Shown piece after piece: positions 29,842-41,791 of a DNA stretch of 64,000 bases. How positions within the stretch are numbered: the stretch's first letter is position 1; every line of letters begins with the position of its first letter. The stretch is from Rubrivivax sp. (GTDB lineage Bacteria; Pseudomonadota; Gammaproteobacteria; Burkholderiales; Burkholderiaceae_C), in NCBI GenBank assembly GCA_030680415.1, contig JAUXVE010000066.1, positions 30,899 through 94,898 of the forward strand, in the 5' to 3' direction. Below the pieces are notes generated by a model. It was not told the origin of the DNA, made no database searches, and worked only from the letters and a program-made list of their open reading frames with translations. The translations under genes and the position numbers were made by a program.

Positions 29842-30236
29842 ACCACGGCAAACCCATCAAGGTGCTGCTCGCCAAACCCGGCCTGGACGGCCACGACCAG
29901 GGGGCCAAGGTGGTCGCGCGTGCCATGCTCGACGCGGGTTTCGACGTCCACTACACCGGTCTGCGGCAGACGCCCGAGCAGGTGGTCGATGCCGCGCGGC
30001 GCGACGACGCCGACGTCATCGCGCTGTCCAGCATGGCCGGCTCGCATCTGTCGTTCTGCTCCCGGCTCAAGCCGCTGCTCGAAGCGGCGGGCTTGGGCGG
30101 CAAGCTCTGGATCATCGGCGGCAACCTGCCGGCGCAGGACCACGACGCGCTGCGCGCGCTCGGCTTCAAGGGCGTCTTCCAGACCGGCTCGCGGCTGGAC
30201 GCGATCTGCGATTTCATCGAGGCGAATCGACCATGA
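29838..30236 (+). CDS. iaaG: Cobalamin-binding small subunit of an acyl-CoA mutase (IaaG-like)
   Basis: KPGLDGHDQG (DxHxxG B12 motif), YTGLRQTPE, LSSMAG. Confidence 0.78.
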   Translation: MNHGKPIKVLLAKPGLDGHDQGAKVVARAMLDAGFDVHYTGLRQTPEQVVDAARRDDADVIALSSMAGSHLSFCSRLKPLLEAAGLGGKLWIIGGNLPAQDHDALRALGFKGVFQTGSRLDAICDFIEANRP

Positions 30237-30313
30237 ACCATCGCACGGCCGTCCGAAGACGGTTCACGCCCCCGCGGGGGGCAGGCGCGGCACGCGCCAA
30301 GGGGGCCATTTGA
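30233..30313 (+). repeat. REP-like intergenic element E2; 26-aa mini-ORF bridging iaaG stop and iaaH start
   Basis: ATGA overlap at 30233-30236 and TTGA overlap at 30310-30313; same core motifs as E1. Confidence 0.7.
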
Positions 30314-31944
30314 AACGCGACATCGAAGGGCGCGCCCTGCGCAACGAGTCCGGCATCGTCATCCAGCCGCTCTACACGGCGGCCGATGTCCAGGCCAGCG
30401 GCGGCCTGGACATGCTGGGCGAACCCGGCGCCTACCCGTTCACGCGCGGCATCCACCCGCTGATGTACCGCAAGCAGCCGTTCACGATGCGTCAGTACAC
30501 GGGTTTCGGCAACGCTGCCGACACCAACCGGCGCTTCAAGTTCCTGATCGACAACGGCCAGACCGGATTGAACGTCGCCTTCGACCTGCCCACCCAGTGC
30601 GGCATCGACTCCGACGACCCGCAGGCCGAAGGCGAGATCGGGCGCGTGGGCATGGCGGTGGACACGCTGCACGACTTCGAGACCGCTTTCGACGGCATCG
30701 ACCTGGACAAGATCACCGTCTCGCTGACCATCAACGGCGCGGCGGCGATCCTGATCGCGATGTACCTGGCGATGGCCGAAAAGCGCGGGTTCGACGTCGA
30801 GCGCCTGCGCGGCACGGCGCAAAACGACATCCTGAAGGAGTTCGTCGGCCGCGGCACCTGGGTCTTTCCGGTCCAGCCGTCGATCCGGCTGGTGGGCGAC
30901 ACGATCGAGTACTGCGCCGAGCACGCGCCCAAGTACAGCCCGGTGTCGGTGTGCGGCTATCACATCCGCGAATCGGGCGCCACGCCGACGCAGGAAATGG
31001 CCTGGGCCTTCTGCATTGCGCGCGCCTATGCCGACGAGGTCATCAAGCGCGGCCTGCCGGTGGACGAGTTTGCCGGGCGGCTGTCGTACAACTTCAACAT
31101 CTTCGGCAACCTCTTCGAGCAGGTCGCCAAGTTCCGCGCCGGCCGCAGCCTGTGGGCCAGGATCATGAAGGAGGACTACGGCGCGACGAAGCCGGGTTCG
31201 ATGTGGCTGCGCATGATCGCCGGCGGGGGCGGCGGCGGCCTGACGCTCGAGCAGCCCGAGAACAACATCGTCCGCGGCGCCTATTACGCGCTGATCGCCG
31301 CCTTGTCGGGCGCGCAGACGATGGCGCTGTGCTGCTTCGACGAGGCCTACACCATACCGAGCGAACATGCGCAGCGCATCTCGCTGCGCACGATGCAGTT
31401 GCTGGTCGAGGAAATGGGGCTGGCCGAGACCGTGGATCCGCTCGGCGGCTCGTTCTACGTCGAGACGCTGACCAACCAGATGCGCGCCGAGATGCAGCGC
31501 GTCATCGAAGAGACGGACGCGGCGGGCGGCATCGTCAAGCTCATTGCCGAAGGCACCATCCAGTCGCGCGTGTCGGCGCAAGCCTATCGCATGCAGCGGG
31601 CCATCGAAGCGGGCGCCTTTCCCAAGGTCGGCGTCAACCGCTACCGCAGCGACGCAGACGCGGCGCCTCAGGTCGAGATGCATCCCTACCGGATCGACGA
31701 CGCGCGCTCGCAGATCGTCGCGTTGCAGCGCGTGCGCGCCGAACGCGATGCGGCCAGCGTGGCCCGCGCGCTCGACCGCGTCGAGTCGGATGCGCGCAGC
31801 GGCAGCAACCTGATGCCGGCCATCGTCGACGCCGTCAAGGCCTATGCCAGCGTCGGCGAGATCACGCAGCGCATGGTCGGAGTGTTCGGCCGCTACGTCG
31901 AGCCGGTGCGCTTCGACCATCGCGAGAGCGAGGCGACCGCATGA
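30310..31944 (+). CDS. iaaH: B12-dependent acyl-CoA mutase large subunit (IaaH-like)
   Basis: PGAYPFTRG, MRQYTGF, QNDILKEF, CGYHIRE, VDPLGGS; TTG start. Confidence 0.75.
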   Translation: MKRDIEGRALRNESGIVIQPLYTAADVQASGGLDMLGEPGAYPFTRGIHPLMYRKQPFTMRQYTGFGNAADTNRRFKFLIDNGQTGLNVAFDLPTQCGIDSDDPQAEGEIGRVGMAVDTLHDFETAFDGIDLDKITVSLTINGAAAILIAMYLAMAEKRGFDVERLRGTAQNDILKEFVGRGTWVFPVQPSIRLVGDTIEYCAEHAPKYSPVSVCGYHIRESGATPTQEMAWAFCIARAYADEVIKRGLPVDEFAGRLSYNFNIFGNLFEQVAKFRAGRSLWARIMKEDYGATKPGSMWLRMIAGGGGGGLTLEQPENNIVRGAYYALIAALSGAQTMALCCFDEAYTIPSEHAQRISLRTMQLLVEEMGLAETVDPLGGSFYVETLTNQMRAEMQRVIEETDAAGGIVKLIAEGTIQSRVSAQAYRMQRAIEAGAFPKVGVNRYRSDADAAPQVEMHPYRIDDARSQIVALQRVRAERDAASVARALDRVESDARSGSNLMPAIVDAVKAYASVGEITQRMVGVFGRYVEPVRFDHRESEATA

Positions 31945-32852
31945 ACGCGCAAGCAAGCGCCGCAGCGGCCGCGCCGGCGGCCGCCTTCGAACACTACCTG
32001 GCGCCCGCCAGCCTGGCGCAAGCGCTGGCGGCGCTGGCCGCCAGCGGTGGCGCCACGGTGCTGGCTGGTGGTACCGACCTGATGCCCCAACTCCACGCCG
32101 GGCGCCTGCGCCCGGCCGCCACGCTGCTCAACATCCGCCGCGTGCCGGGTCTCGACACGGTGCACGCCGCTGGCGGCACGCTGTGCCTGGGCGCCCTGAG
32201 CACCGTGGCCACGCTGCTGACACACCCGCTGGTGCGAGCCCATGCGCCGCTGCTCAGGCAAGCCGCAGACCACTTCGCCAGCGACCAGATCCGCAACGCC
32301 GCCACCGTGGGCGGCAACATCTGCAACGCCTCGCCCGCCGGCGACCTGCTGACGCCGTTGCTGGCGCTCGATGCCGTGGTCGAGCTGGCCTCGCTGGCCG
32401 CCGACGGCTCGGTCACGCTGCGCGCCATGCCGCTGGACGGCTTCTTCACCGCGCCCGGACGCACAAGGCGCGAAGCGCACGAACTGCTGACCGCGGTGCG
32501 GCTGCCGCTGGCGCCGCCCGGGCAGCGGGCGCGCTTCTACAAGACAGGCACGCGGCCGGCGCTGGACATCGCGACGATCTCGATCGCGTTCGCCGCCCGC
32601 CGCGACGAGGCCGGCCGGCTGTGCGACGTGCGCCTGGCGTTCGGCGCCCTGGGGCCGACGCCATTGCGCGCGCTGCGCACCGAAGCCCTGCTCGAAGGGG
32701 GACGGCTCGATGCCAGCCTGGCGGCGCAGGCCGCCGCTTGCGCCGCCAGCGAGGTGACACCAATCGACGACGTGCGCGCCAGCGCCTGGTACCGCCTGGA
32801 ACTGGTGCGCAACATGACACGAAGGATGCTCGACGATGTCGCTCACGCATGA
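31941..32852 (+). CDS. iaaI: Xanthine-dehydrogenase-family FAD subunit (IaaI-like)
   Basis: LAGGTDL, IRNAATVGGN, PIDDVRASAWYR; no [4Fe-4S] insert. Confidence 0.75.
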   Translation: MNAQASAAAAAPAAAFEHYLAPASLAQALAALAASGGATVLAGGTDLMPQLHAGRLRPAATLLNIRRVPGLDTVHAAGGTLCLGALSTVATLLTHPLVRAHAPLLRQAADHFASDQIRNAATVGGNICNASPAGDLLTPLLALDAVVELASLAADGSVTLRAMPLDGFFTAPGRTRREAHELLTAVRLPLAPPGQRARFYKTGTRPALDIATISIAFAARRDEAGRLCDVRLAFGALGPTPLRALRTEALLEGGRLDASLAAQAAACAASEVTPIDDVRASAWYRLELVRNMTRRMLDDVAHA

Positions 32853-33324
32853 AATCCGCTTCACGCTGAACGGCGTGCAACGCAGCGCCACGGTCGGCAT
32901 CGAGATCAGTGCGCTGCAGCTGCTGCGTGAGGTGATCGGCCTGACCGGCACCAAGTACGGTTGCGGCGAAGGCGAATGCGGCGCCTGCACGATCATCGTC
33001 GACGGCCGCTCGGTCAATGCCTGCCTGCTGTTCGCCGTCGATTGCGACGGCCGCGAGCTGACCACCGTCGAAGGCCTGAGCGGCAACGCGCGGGCGCAGG
33101 CGCTGCAACAAGCCTTCGTCGCGCATGGCGCCGTGCAGTGCGGCTTTTGCACGCCGGGCATGATGGTGCAGGCCACGCACCTGTTGGCCACGCAGCCGCG
33201 GCCCGACGCGGCTGCCGCCAAACGCGCCATCGAGGGCAACCTGTGCCGCTGCACCGGCTACCAGAAGATCGTCGAGGCGATCGTCCAGGCCGGTGAGTCG
33301 CTGGCGGCAGGAGATGCGGCATGA
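32836..33324 (+). CDS. iaaJ: Xanthine-dehydrogenase-family 2x[2Fe-2S] subunit (IaaJ-like)
   Basis: GCGEGECGACT, QCGFCTPG, NLCRCTGY. Confidence 0.78.
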   Translation: MSLTHEIRFTLNGVQRSATVGIEISALQLLREVIGLTGTKYGCGEGECGACTIIVDGRSVNACLLFAVDCDGRELTTVEGLSGNARAQALQQAFVAHGAVQCGFCTPGMMVQATHLLATQPRPDAAAAKRAIEGNLCRCTGYQKIVEAIVQAGESLAAGDAA

Positions 33325-35720
33325 GCGATACCCTGACACGCCCAGCGGCAGGCGCCAGCCTGATCGGCCAGCGCATCCCGAAGATGGATGCGCCGGAAAA
33401 GGCCAGCGGCAAGACGCGTTACATCCACGACATCAGCCTGCCGGGCCAGTTGCACGCGGCGATCCTGCGCTCGGCCAGGGTGCACGCGCGCATCGTTCGC
33501 ATCGACACCACGGCCGCGCGCGCACTGCCTGGCGTGCACTGCGTGCTCACCGCGGCCGATGTACCCGACCAGCGGCCGATCGGCGTGGCCAAGGATCACT
33601 TGCCGCTGAAAAGCGACCGCGTGCGCAGCGAGCGCGACGAGATCGCTGCGGTGGCCGCCGACAGCGAGGCCATTGCGCTGCAGGCGCTGCGCCTGATCGA
33701 GGTCGAGTACGAAGACCTGCCCGTGGTGCTTGATGCCCAAGCCGCGCTCGCCCCCGGTGCGCCGTTGGTGCATCCGCCGATCGCAGGCGCCGCCCCGGGC
33801 GGGCCGGTGGGGCTGGCCGGCAAGGCCGACAACATCGCGATGCGCTTCGACTACAGCCATGGCGACGTGGTGCAGGCCGAAAGCCAGTCCGACCTGGTGG
33901 TCGAAGACGTCTTCGAGCTGCACTACGTGACGCACTGCTGCATGGGTGTGTCGGGCGTGATCGCCGAATTCGACGCCAAGGGCAACCTGCTGCTGTATTC
34001 GAACACCCAGGTGCCGTTCCTGCACAAGCGCGAGTTCGCCGAGATCCTGGGCATGGACCCGGCGCGCATCCGCATCATCCAGCCGCCGATCGGCGGCGGC
34101 TTCGGCTCCAAGCTCGACATCTACCCTTTCGAGGTGATCTGCGTGTACTTGGCGCGCGCCACCGGCCGGCCGGTGCGACTGGTGTTCAGCCGCGAGGAGG
34201 AATTCCTGGCCTCGCCGACCCGGCAAACGGTGCGGCTGACGCTGCGCTCGGGCTGCAAGCGCGACGGCACCTTGAGCTTCCGCACGGTGCACACGCTGCA
34301 CGACAACGGCGCCTATACCTCGTGGGGCGCCACCACGCCGTTCGTGATGATGCAGACCTTCTCCTCGCTGTACCGGGTGCCGCACTGCGACTACCACACG
34401 GTGGCGGTGTATTCGAACAACCCCTACGCCGGCTCGTTCCGCGGCTACGGCAACCTGCAGGCCACCTTTGCCGTCGAGGCGCACATGGACCGCATGGCCG
34501 AAGCCTTGGCGCTGGACCCGCTCGAGTTTCGGCTCAAGAACGCGCAGCTGGCGGGCGAAGTGACCGGGCAGGGCATGGTGTTTCGCAGCTGCGGCTTCCA
34601 GGATTGCCTGCGCACTGCAGCCGGGCGCAGCGACTTCCAGCGCCTGCACCGCGAGTACGCAGCGCGCTGCCATGAATCCGGCCCGATCAAGCGCGGCATC
34701 GGCGTCGCTTCGATGCTGCATGTGGGCGGCGGCGCGAAGATCTACCCGTCCGACGGCTGCGGCACCATCCTCAAGCTCGACGACTTCGGCCATGTCACGC
34801 TGATCACCGGCGCGTCCGAGATCGGCCAGGGCTCGGAGACCGTGCTGTCGCAGCTGGTGTGCGAGGAGCTGGGGCTGCCGATGTCGGCGGTGACGGTGGT
34901 CAACAACGACACCGACATCACGCCCTGGGACGTCGGCGTTCACGCCAGCCGCACCACCTTCATCGCCGGCAACTCGGCGATCGGCGCAGCGCGCAAGGCC
35001 AGGGCCAAGATCCTGTCGGCTGCAGCCACGCGGTTCGAGTGCCCGGCCGAGTCGCTGGCCATGCGTGGTGGCCGCATCGTGCGTGCGCAGAGCGGCGAGC
35101 CACTGATCGATCTGGCGCGTTTCCTGCGCGGGCTGCACTTCAGCGACCGCGCCGAGCTGGTGATGACCAGCTTCTATTACGAGCCGCCCAGCGTGCACCA
35201 GGACAAGAACTACAAGGGCGATGTCTCGGCCGCCTACGCCTGGGCGGCACAGGTGGTCGAGGTCGAGGTCGACAGCGACACCGGGGTCGTGCGCATGATC
35301 AAGGTCACAGCGGCGCACGATGTCGGCCGCGTGCTCAACCGGCTGGGCATCGAAGGCCAGATCGAAGGCGGCATCGTGATGGGCCAGGGTTACGCGCTGA
35401 CCGAGAACCTGCAGGTCGAAGGCGGCCGCATCCGCAACCCCAACTTCCGCGACTACAAGCTGATCACGGCGCCCGAGATCCCCGAGATGGACATCGCCTT
35501 CATCGAGTCGATGGATGGCGAAGGCCCGCAGGGAGCCAAGGGCGTCGGCGAGGCGCCGGCGATCTGCATCGCGGCAGCCACGGCGAACGCGATCTACAAC
35601 GCCACCGGGGTGCGCATCACCAGCCTGCCGTTCACGCCGGAGCGGGTCTATCGGGCGCTGCACGGCGCACTACCCGCGCTGCGGCCGACACCCAGGGCAC
35701 CCACAAGGGAGGCGCCGTGA
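33321..35720 (+). CDS. iaaK: Xanthine-dehydrogenase-family molybdenum subunit (IaaK-like)
   Basis: [31 protein letters not shown]. Confidence 0.78.
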   Translation: MSDTLTRPAAGASLIGQRIPKMDAPEKASGKTRYIHDISLPGQLHAAILRSARVHARIVRIDTTAARALPGVHCVLTAADVPDQRPIGVAKDHLPLKSDRVRSERDEIAAVAADSEAIALQALRLIEVEYEDLPVVLDAQAALAPGAPLVHPPIAGAAPGGPVGLAGKADNIAMRFDYSHGDVVQAESQSDLVVEDVFELHYVTHCCMGVSGVIAEFDAKGNLLLYSNTQVPFLHKREFAEILGMDPARIRIIQPPIGGGFGSKLDIYPFEVICVYLARATGRPVRLVFSREEEFLASPTRQTVRLTLRSGCKRDGTLSFRTVHTLHDNGAYTSWGATTPFVMMQTFSSLYRVPHCDYHTVAVYSNNPYAGSFRGYGNLQATFAVEAHMDRMAEALALDPLEFRLKNAQLAGEVTGQGMVFRSCGFQDCLRTAAGRSDFQRLHREYAARCHESGPIKRGIGVASMLHVGGGAKIYPSDGCGTILKLDDFGHVTLITGASEIGQGSETVLSQLVCEELGLPMSAVTVVNNDTDITPWDVGVHASRTTFIAGNSAIGAARKARAKILSAAATRFECPAESLAMRGGRIVRAQSGEPLIDLARFLRGLHFSDRAELVMTSFYYEPPSVHQDKNYKGDVSAAYAWAAQVVEVEVDSDTGVVRMIKVTAAHDVGRVLNRLGIEGQIEGGIVMGQGYALTENLQVEGGRIRNPNFRDYKLITAPEIPEMDIAFIESMDGEGPQGAKGVGEAPAICIAAATANAIYNATGVRITSLPFTPERVYRALHGALPALRPTPRAPTREAP

Positions 35721-36916
35721 AGCCACGCACAGTGCTGTCGATGGAACAGGCCCTGTCCTTGCCTTACGCGACGCTGCGCTTCGCCCAGCTCGGCTGGCGC
35801 GTCATCCGCATCGAGGCCACGCCGTCCGGCGCCGGCCTGCCCGGTGACCCGAACCGCTACATCGGCAGCCGCCTGAGCGACGACCACGACGACGACCGCC
35901 GCAGCTACTTCGTGGCACCGAATGTCGCCAAGGAAGCGATCGCGCTCAACCTGAAGGACGCCCGCGGCCAGCACTTGCTCGCACGCCTGATCAACGCCTT
36001 GGATGTCGACGTGTTCTGCTGCAATACGCTGCCGTCTCGCTACGGCAGTCTGGGCATCGCCCCGGCCACGCTGCGCGCCGTGCGCCCGCAACTCATCTGG
36101 GCCGGCATCTCGGCGCAGGGTCCGGCCTGGCCCGAGGCACCGGGCTACGACCCGGTGTTGCAGGCGATGGCCGGCTATATGGAAGTCACCGGCGACCGCA
36201 ACGGCCCGCCGATGCTGACCGGCATCCCGGTCATCGACCTCAAGGCCGGCGACGAACTCTTCGCGGGGGTGATGATGGCGCTGCTGGAGCGGCACGAGAC
36301 CGGCGCCGGCAAGGAGATCCATGTCTCCATGCTGCAGGCCGCGGCCTCGTGGCTGATCACCGTTTTGCCCTTGATCGATTTCGGCTGCCAGCCCGGCGAG
36401 ATCACGCGCGCCGGCAACGAGCACCGCAAGTTCATTCCCACCAACGTCTACCCGGCGCGCGACGGCTACCTGTTCATGGCCATCGGCAGCGACGTGCAAT
36501 GGCGGCGATTCACCGCGATCCCGAAGTTCACGTGCGTCGCCAACGAGCTGCGCAAGACCAACGAAGGACGCCACCAGGAGCGCGAGGCGATCCACCGCGA
36601 CATTGCCGCGGTGACCGCTGCGCACCCGGTCGACGAGACGCTGGCCGAGCTGCGCGGCGCCACCATCCCGGCCACGCGCATCAACGACATCCGCCAGGTG
36701 CGCGAGTTGCCCCAGCTGCGCGACAAGCTCACCCGCACCACGCTGCCCGAGGGGCGCAGCGTGCGCATGCAGCCGATGGCCGTGGACCTGCCGCAGGCGA
36801 GCGCCGAATTCGCTTTCGCACCGAAGTATGGCCAGCACACGCGCGAAGTGCTGGCCGAGGCCGGCTTGGGCAACGACGAGGTGCATGCGCTTTACGGCGC
36901 AGGCATCGTGGCCTGA
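35717..36916 (+). CDS. iaaL: Family III CoA-transferase (CaiB/BaiF; IaaL-like)
   Basis: [32 protein letters not shown]. Confidence 0.75.
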   Translation: MKPRTVLSMEQALSLPYATLRFAQLGWRVIRIEATPSGAGLPGDPNRYIGSRLSDDHDDDRRSYFVAPNVAKEAIALNLKDARGQHLLARLINALDVDVFCCNTLPSRYGSLGIAPATLRAVRPQLIWAGISAQGPAWPEAPGYDPVLQAMAGYMEVTGDRNGPPMLTGIPVIDLKAGDELFAGVMMALLERHETGAGKEIHVSMLQAAASWLITVLPLIDFGCQPGEITRAGNEHRKFIPTNVYPARDGYLFMAIGSDVQWRRFTAIPKFTCVANELRKTNEGRHQEREAIHRDIAAVTAAHPVDETLAELRGATIPATRINDIRQVRELPQLRDKLTRTTLPEGRSVRMQPMAVDLPQASAEFAFAPKYGQHTREVLAEAGLGNDEVHALYGAGIVA

Positions 36917-36972
36917 GCTGCACCTTGCCGTCGCAGCGCTGGATTCCCGTTCGCAACCCTACAGGAGACGTC

Positions 36973-38112
36973 ATGAGTCACAAAAACATCGCCGCCATCG
37001 CACTGGCCGGCGTCCTCGCCGTCGGCGCCGCCCAAGCCGAGATCACGATCGGGGTCTCGCTGGGCACCACCGGGCCTGGATCGTCGTTGGGTGTCCCCTA
37101 CAAGAACGCGTTCCAGCTGGTACCGAAGACGCTCGGCGGCGAGCCGGTGCGCTACATCATCCTGGACGACGAGTCCAAACCCGATGGCGCCGCGAAGAAT
37201 GCCCGCAAGTTCGTCAGCGAGGACAAGGTCGACGCGCTGATGGGCTCCAACGGCGTGCCCTCGGGGGTGGCGATCGCACAGGTCGCAGCCGAGTCGAAAA
37301 CGCCGATGATCTCGCTGACGCCACTGCCGCCGCTGGCACCCGAGCGAGCGCACTGGACCTTCATCGTGCCGCAGCCGACCGAACTCATGATGAGCGCGGT
37401 GGCGCAGCACATGAAGAGCAAGGGCGTCAAGAAGGTCGGCTTCATCGGCTTTTCCGACACCTGGGGCGACCTGGTCTACAACGCCGTGACCGCCCTGGCC
37501 CCCACCGGCGGCTACGAGGTCCAGAGCAACGAACGTTACGGCCGCGCCGACACCAGCGTCACCGGGCAGGTGCTGAAGGTCATGGCCGGATCGCCCGACG
37601 CGGTCATCGTCGGCGGCTCGGGTTCGCCCGGCGCCACGCCGCACATCGCCCTCGTCGAGCGAGGCTACAAGGGGCAGATCTACCACAACCACGGCACCGT
37701 CAACCTGCCCTTCATCCAGACCGGCAAGAAGGCGGTCGAAGGCGCGATCGCGCCGACCGGTGCACTGATCGTGGCCGAGGAACTGCCTGCCGACTTCCCG
37801 ACCAAGGCGGTGTCGCTGGACTTCGTGAAGCGCTACGAGGCCGCGTTCGGCGCCGGCAGCCGCAATGCGTTTGCCGGCTACAGCATCGACGGCGTGCTGG
37901 TTCTCGACGCCGCTGCCGGCGTGGCATTGAAGCGGGCCAAGCCCGGCACGCCGGAGTTTCGGGCGGCCCTGCGCGACGCGCTCGAGAACATCAAGAACGT
38001 CGTCGGCACGCACGGTGTCTACAACATGAGTCCGGCCAACCACAACGGGCTGGACGAACGCGCGCGCGTACTGGTGCAGGTGGTCAATGGCGAATGGCGG
38101 CTGTTGAAGTAG
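36973..38112 (+). CDS. iaaM: ABC transporter substrate-binding protein (Liv-type, aromatic acid; IaaM-like)
   Basis: Signal peptide; [31 protein letters not shown]. Confidence 0.72.
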   Translation: MSHKNIAAIALAGVLAVGAAQAEITIGVSLGTTGPGSSLGVPYKNAFQLVPKTLGGEPVRYIILDDESKPDGAAKNARKFVSEDKVDALMGSNGVPSGVAIAQVAAESKTPMISLTPLPPLAPERAHWTFIVPQPTELMMSAVAQHMKSKGVKKVGFIGFSDTWGDLVYNAVTALAPTGGYEVQSNERYGRADTSVTGQVLKVMAGSPDAVIVGGSGSPGATPHIALVERGYKGQIYHNHGTVNLPFIQTGKKAVEGAIAPTGALIVAEELPADFPTKAVSLDFVKRYEAAFGAGSRNAFAGYSIDGVLVLDAAAGVALKRAKPGTPEFRAALRDALENIKNVVGTHGVYNMSPANHNGLDERARVLVQVVNGEWRLLK

Positions 38113-38161
38113 GCGCGGCGGCGATGATGCGCTCCAAGGCGGCCGACGCCATGCGCGCGCC

Positions 38162-39208
38162 ATGACCGGCGACATCGCGCTCTGGCTGATCCAGGACGGT
38201 GTCACCACCGGCGCGATCTACGCGCTGCTGGCGCTGGCCCTGCTGCTGGTGTTCGCCGTCACGCGCATCATCTTCGTGCCGCAGGGTGACTTCATTTCCT
38301 ACGCCGGCCTCACCCTGGGCACGCTGCAGCTGGGGCAGTTGCCGGGCACGGTCTACCTGCTGGCAGGCGGCGGTGCGCTCGTCGCGACGATCGAAGCCGC
38401 GGCAGCGCTGCGCGCCAGGAAGCCTTTCCTGCTGCCGCGCATCCTGGTCTTCCACCTTGGCCTGCCGCTGTCGATCGTGGCGCTGGCCGTCTGGGCCGCG
38501 CCGCGCCAGCTCGGCCTCGCGCTGCAGATGGCCTTGACGCTGGCCATCGTGGTGCCCTTGGGGCCGATGCTGTACCGCCTCGCCTACCAGCCGCTGGCCA
38601 ACGCGTCGGTGCTGGTGCTGTTCATTGTTTCCATGGCTGCGCACTACGTCCTCACCGGCCTCGGCCTGGTCATCTTCGGCGGCGAGGGTTTGCGCTCGAA
38701 TCCCATCTCCGAACTGAAGTTCGACGTCGGTGTCCTGCACATCGGCGCACAGAGTCTGTGGGTCGTCGGCACGAGCGTGGTCTGCATGACCGCGCTGTGG
38801 CTGTTCTTCGGTCACTCGCTTTACGGCAAGGCGCTGCGCGCCACGGCGTTGAACCGCATCGGCGCCCGGCTGGTCGGCATCCCGGGCGCGCTGGCCGGAC
38901 GCCTGGCGTTCCTGCTCGCCGCAGCGATCGGCGCGCTGTCGGGCGTGCTGATCTCGGCGTTCACGACGATCTACTACGACACCGGGCTGATGATCGGCCT
39001 GAAGGGCTTCGTCGGCGCCATCCTCGGCGGCATGGCCAGCTACCCGTTGGCCGCACTCGGGGCCTTGGCGGTGGGTCTGATCGAGGCCTTTGCGTCGTAC
39101 TGGGCCAGCGCATTGAAGGAGAGCATCGTCTTCACCTTCATCATTCCGGTGCTGTTGTGGCGCTCGCTGGTCTCGCGCCATCCGGTGGTCGAGGACGAAG
39201 AGGAATGA
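38162..39208 (+). CDS. Branched-chain amino acid-type ABC permease (LivH-like)
   Basis: [36 protein letters not shown]. Confidence 0.88.
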   Translation: MTGDIALWLIQDGVTTGAIYALLALALLLVFAVTRIIFVPQGDFISYAGLTLGTLQLGQLPGTVYLLAGGGALVATIEAAAALRARKPFLLPRILVFHLGLPLSIVALAVWAAPRQLGLALQMALTLAIVVPLGPMLYRLAYQPLANASVLVLFIVSMAAHYVLTGLGLVIFGGEGLRSNPISELKFDVGVLHIGAQSLWVVGTSVVCMTALWLFFGHSLYGKALRATALNRIGARLVGIPGALAGRLAFLLAAAIGALSGVLISAFTTIYYDTGLMIGLKGFVGAILGGMASYPLAALGALAVGLIEAFASYWASALKESIVFTFIIPVLLWRSLVSRHPVVEDEEE

Positions 39209-40968
39209 CCCGGTCGCGTCACGTGCTGGCAGTCTGCCTCGTCGGCCTGGCTGCCGCGCCATTGCTGTTGCCGGAGTTCTACGTCACGCTGCTCAATTAC
39301 GTCGGCCTGGCGACCTTGGTGGTACTTGGGTTGGTGGTGATGACCGGCGTGGCCGGGATCGTCTCGTTCGGCCAGCAGGCCTTCGTCGGCGTGGCCGCCT
39401 ACGCCACCGCAGGCCTGACCACTCTGTTGGGCTGGTCGCCCTGGGCTTCGCTCGCAGCCAGTATTGCGCTCGTCGCCGCCACGGCGCTGCTGATCGGCCT
39501 CGTCACGCTGCGCCTGTCCGGGCACTACCTGTCGATCGCGACGATCGCCTGGGGCATCGCGATCTACTACCTGTTCGGCAACCTGCCGCTGCTGGGCCAG
39601 TACAGCGGCATCGACAACGTGCCCGCGGTGTCGATTGCAGGCTGGGCCTTCGACAGCGGACGCAAGTCCTGCTTCCTGATCTGGACCATCACCGCGGTCG
39701 CACTGCTTGCAGCGCACAACCTGCTCGATTCGCGCCCCGGCCGCGCGATCCGGGCGCTGCGTTTTCGCAGTGTCATGGCCGAAAGCTGCGGCGTCGACAC
39801 CTCGACGCTCAAGCTCGTCGTCTTTGTCTATGCCGCCGTGCTCGCCGGCATCGCGGGCTGGCTGCATGCCCACTACCTGCGCTTCGTCAGCCCGCATGCG
39901 TTCGGCGTCAACGCCGGAATCGACTACCTGTTCATGGCCGTCATCGGTGGCGCGAACCAGGTCTGGGGCGCAGTGGTCGGCGCGGCGATCATGACCGTGC
40001 TCAAGGAGTGGCTGAAGGACCTCACGCCGATCCTGTTCCAGACCACAGGCAACTACGAAATCATCGTCTTCGGCGTGCTCATGCTGCTGTTGTTGCATCG
40101 CACGCGCAATGGCATCGCACCCGCGCTTGCGCGTTGGCTTCCCGCCCGCCCAGCCCGCACGCGCCCGGCCGATGCACCCGAGCCACCGCCGCGCGAGCGC
40201 CCCGCCGCCGGCGTGCCGCTCTTGCTGGTGGCCGGTCTGCACAAGCGCTTCGGCGGTCTGGTTGCGGTGAAGGACCTGTCGTTCTCGCTCGACGCGGGCG
40301 AGATTCTGGGCCTCATCGGCCCCAACGGCGCTGGCAAGACCACCGTGTTCAATCTCCTGAGCGGCACACTGGCCGGCGACGGCGGCACGGTCCATCTGCT
40401 CGGGCAGCGCATCGACAGGCTGCCCTCGCGTGTGATCGCCCGGCGCGGGCTGGCGCGCAGCTTTCAGCATGTCAATCTGGTCTCGAGCATGAGCGTGCTC
40501 GACAACGTCGCGCTCGGCGCACACCTGCGCGGGCACAAGGGCAGCGTGGCGGCCATGCTGCGCACCGACCGCGACGAAGAGGCCCAGCTGCTGGCCGAGG
40601 CGGTGCGACAGATCGAGCGCGTGGGCCTGGCCGAGCACATGATGGCCGCGGCGGGCAGCCTGCCGCTGGGCCAACAGCGCGTGGTCGAGATCGCGCGCGC
40701 GCTGGCCGCCGACCCCTTGTTGCTGCTGCTGGACGAGCCGGCCGCCGGGCTGCGTTACGGCGAAAAGCGCGCGCTGGCAGAGCTGTTGCGGCGCCTGCGC
40801 GCCGAGGGGCTGACCATCCTGCTCGTCGAGCACGACATGGAATTCGTGATGGGCCTCGTCGACCGCCTGGTCGTGATGGATTTCGGCGAGAAACTGGCCG
40901 AGGGCCCGCCGCTGGACATCCAGCGCGACCCCGCGGTGGTCGAAGCCTACCTCGGGGGCATCGCATGA
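39205..40968 (+). CDS. ABC permease-ATPase fusion (LivM + LivG-like)
   Basis: Membrane domain ([15 protein letters not shown]) followed by GPNGAGKTT and LLLDEPAAG. Confidence 0.88.
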   Translation: MTRSRHVLAVCLVGLAAAPLLLPEFYVTLLNYVGLATLVVLGLVVMTGVAGIVSFGQQAFVGVAAYATAGLTTLLGWSPWASLAASIALVAATALLIGLVTLRLSGHYLSIATIAWGIAIYYLFGNLPLLGQYSGIDNVPAVSIAGWAFDSGRKSCFLIWTITAVALLAAHNLLDSRPGRAIRALRFRSVMAESCGVDTSTLKLVVFVYAAVLAGIAGWLHAHYLRFVSPHAFGVNAGIDYLFMAVIGGANQVWGAVVGAAIMTVLKEWLKDLTPILFQTTGNYEIIVFGVLMLLLLHRTRNGIAPALARWLPARPARTRPADAPEPPPRERPAAGVPLLLVAGLHKRFGGLVAVKDLSFSLDAGEILGLIGPNGAGKTTVFNLLSGTLAGDGGTVHLLGQRIDRLPSRVIARRGLARSFQHVNLVSSMSVLDNVALGAHLRGHKGSVAAMLRTDRDEEAQLLAEAVRQIERVGLAEHMMAAAGSLPLGQQRVVEIARALAADPLLLLLDEPAAGLRYGEKRALAELLRRLRAEGLTILLVEHDMEFVMGLVDRLVVMDFGEKLAEGPPLDIQRDPAVVEAYLGGIA

Positions 40969-41066
40969 GTCCGCCGCGCCGCTCCAAGGGCGAAGTCCGG
41001 GCTGCGCAGCACGAAGGGTCAGCCGTCGGTCCGGCACGGCAAGCCCGACAAGGGTGCCCGCGATGA
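40965..41066 (+). repeat. Intergenic element E3 (related REP-like type); 33-aa mini-ORF bridging both genes
   Basis: ATGA overlaps at 40965-40968 and 41063-41066; [18 protein letters not shown]... Only one copy of this subtype is in the window. Confidence 0.5.
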
Positions 41067-41791
41067 CGCGTCTGCTCGAAGTACGTGACCTCGTCGTCCG
41101 CTACGGCAGGGTCGAGGCCCTGCACGGCGTGAACCTGGACGTCGATGCGGGCTCCATCGTCACCGTGATCGGCCCGAACGGCGCCGGCAAGACGACGCTG
41201 CTGGCCGCGCTCATGGGCCTGCTGCCCAGCAGGGGAACGGTGCGCTACGCCGGCGGCGAAGTGGCCGCGATGCCGGTCGAGGCGCGTGTGGCTGCTGGCG
41301 TGTCGCTGGTGCCCGAGCGGCGCGAGCTGTTCGGCGAGCTCTGCGTCGAGGACAACCTGCGCCTGGGCGCGTTCCATCGCGTGCGCCGCGGCGAGCGTGG
41401 CGCCGACATGGATCTGGCTCCGATCTACGCGCGTTTCCCGCGCCTGCAGGAACGCCGGCGCCAGCTCGCCGCCACTTTGTCGGGGGGCGAACGCCAGATG
41501 CTGGCGATCGGACGCGCGCTGATGGCCAAGCCCAGACTGCTGATGCTCGACGAACCCAGCCTCGGTCTGGCGCCGCGCATCGTGCGCGACATCCTGCATA
41601 TCGTCGGCGAGCTGCGCGAGACCGGCGTGGCGATCCTGCTGGTGGAGCAGAACGCGCGCGCCGCGTTGCAGATCGCCGACCGCGGCTATGTGCTCGAGAC
41701 CGGCGAGGTCGCGCTGGTGGGCACCTCGGCCGAACTCGCCGGCAACCCACGCGTGGTCGAGTCCTACCTTGGCTTTGGCGGCACGGCATGA
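41063..41791 (+). CDS. ABC transporter ATP-binding protein (LivF-like)
   Basis: [26 protein letters not shown]. Confidence 0.9.
   Translation: MTRLLEVRDLVVRYGRVEALHGVNLDVDAGSIVTVIGPNGAGKTTLLAALMGLLPSRGTVRYAGGEVAAMPVEARVAAGVSLVPERRELFGELCVEDNLRLGAFHRVRRGERGADMDLAPIYARFPRLQERRRQLAATLSGGERQMLAIGRALMAKPRLLMLDEPSLGLAPRIVRDILHIVGELRETGVAILLVEQNARAALQIADRGYVLETGEVALVGTSAELAGNPRVVESYLGFGGTA

Noticed and set aside
30310-31944. Ordinary methylmalonyl-CoA mutase for propionate metabolism
   Set aside because: Split small/large architecture inside an iaa-ordered operon, with no epimerase, carboxylase or meaB nearby.
33321-35720. Aerobic CO dehydrogenase or purine xanthine dehydrogenase
   Set aside because: Active-site loop is YAGSFRGYG, not the CoxL AYxCSFR, and there is no cox or purine context.
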